This document shows positions 17,029-17,524 of a stretch of 17,524 bases of DNA, piece after piece; position 1 is the stretch's first letter, and every line of letters starts with the position of its first letter. The notes beneath the pieces are model-generated. The model worked only from the letters and a program-made list of their open reading frames with translations. It searched no databases and had not been told where the DNA came from. Source of the stretch: Desulfobacterales bacterium (lineage in GTDB: Bacteria; Desulfobacterota; Desulfobacteria; Desulfobacterales; UBA5616). The translations under genes were made by a program, and so were the position numbers. The stretch lies in contig JAWODC010000047.1 of assembly GCA_046483495.1 (NCBI GenBank), positions 1-17,524 on the forward strand. Reading direction: 5' to 3'.

Positions 17029-17524
17029 GTGCTTGAGCGAATCATTTCCAACAGAAGAAACCTGGAGCATATTCTCGATAATCTCAAAGAAGGCATTATT
17101 GCCCATGATCTGAACCGCATGATTTTCTTTTTCAACCGGGAGGCTGAAAAGATCACCGGCTTCACGCGCGAAGAAGTGCTGGGCAGGGATTGTCATGAGG
17201 TTTTTGGCTGCCCGCTTTGCGGAGAGCGCTGCTCGTTTTGCGGTGACAAGCCCATGCCCGAACAGCGGCAGGAGTATGCCGTCAGCATTTGCACGAAAAC
17301 CGGAGAGCCCCGGCGAATCGATATGACCGTATCGCTGATGCGGGATTCGGGAGACAGCGTCATCGGCGTTTTGGCATCGTTCAACGATGTGTCCGATATT
17401 TTGGAGCTTCAAATCCGGGCGGGAAAGTTGGAGCGTTTCTCCGGCATTATCGGCCGGGATGCGAACATGCAGAGAATTTTCAAACAAATCAGAGACTTGT
17501 CTGGATATAACTACCCGATCCATA
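17029..17524 (+). CDS. PAS-domain sigma-54-dependent transcriptional activator (NtrC-type bEBP), 3'-truncated
   Basis: My translation from GTG 17029 (AAGGA SD; in-frame TAG at 16984) is MLERIISNRRNLEHILDNLKEGIIAHDLNRMIFFFNREAEKITGFTREEVLGRDCHEVFGCPLCGERCSFC..., a PAS domain. It continues to FSGIIGRDANMQRIFKQIRDLSGYNYPIH, typical of the start of a sigma-54 AAA+ domain. The frame is open to the window end, and the GAFTGA motif would lie beyond it. Confidence 0.85.
   Translation, partial: MLERIISNRRNLEHILDNLKEGIIAHDLNRMIFFFNREAEKITGFTREEVLGRDCHEVFGCPLCGERCSFCGDKPMPEQRQEYAVSICTKTGEPRRIDMTVSLMRDSGDSVIGVLASFNDVSDILELQIRAGKLERFSGIIGRDANMQRIFKQIRDLSGYNYPIH

Noticed and set aside
16927..17523. 198-aa minus-strand ORF
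   Set aside because: It is the antisense shadow of the PAS/sigma-54 activator and has no recognisable motifs.
1..17524. CRISPR arrays, prophage, transposase or defence genes
   Set aside because: I saw no regularly spaced direct repeats and no such proteins; the coding space is accounted for by housekeeping genes.

Overview
A gene-dense chromosomal core region of an anaerobic bacterium. The gene content (CarD, DUF1844, membrane pyrophosphatase, GltD-like Fe-S flavoprotein, Cys-rich PAS sigma-54 regulator) suggests a Desulfobacterales-type deltaproteobacterium, which is inference. The left edge holds a 5'-truncated Fe-S/FAD/NADP oxidoreductase on the + strand. A long minus-strand run reads mlaE-mlaF-mlaD-mlaC-mlaA, serA, DUF1844, degQ/htrA, ispE, tRNA-Gln(UUG), prs, rplY, pth, hppA, a strong terminator, carD and rluD. 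The right edge holds a divergent, 3'-truncated PAS/sigma-54 activator that the ORF track missed. The main finding is that MlaF is fused to a C-terminal degenerate GGDEF domain (KMDHI signature, intact RxxD I-site) in an mla operon that lacks mlaB, suggesting a c-di-GMP-controlled lipid transporter. Also notable are a 145-bp rod-shaped palindromic element overlapping the degQ stop codon, a Cys-X8-Cys-X3-Cys motif in the regulator PAS domain, and an A1-U72 pair in tRNA-Gln.
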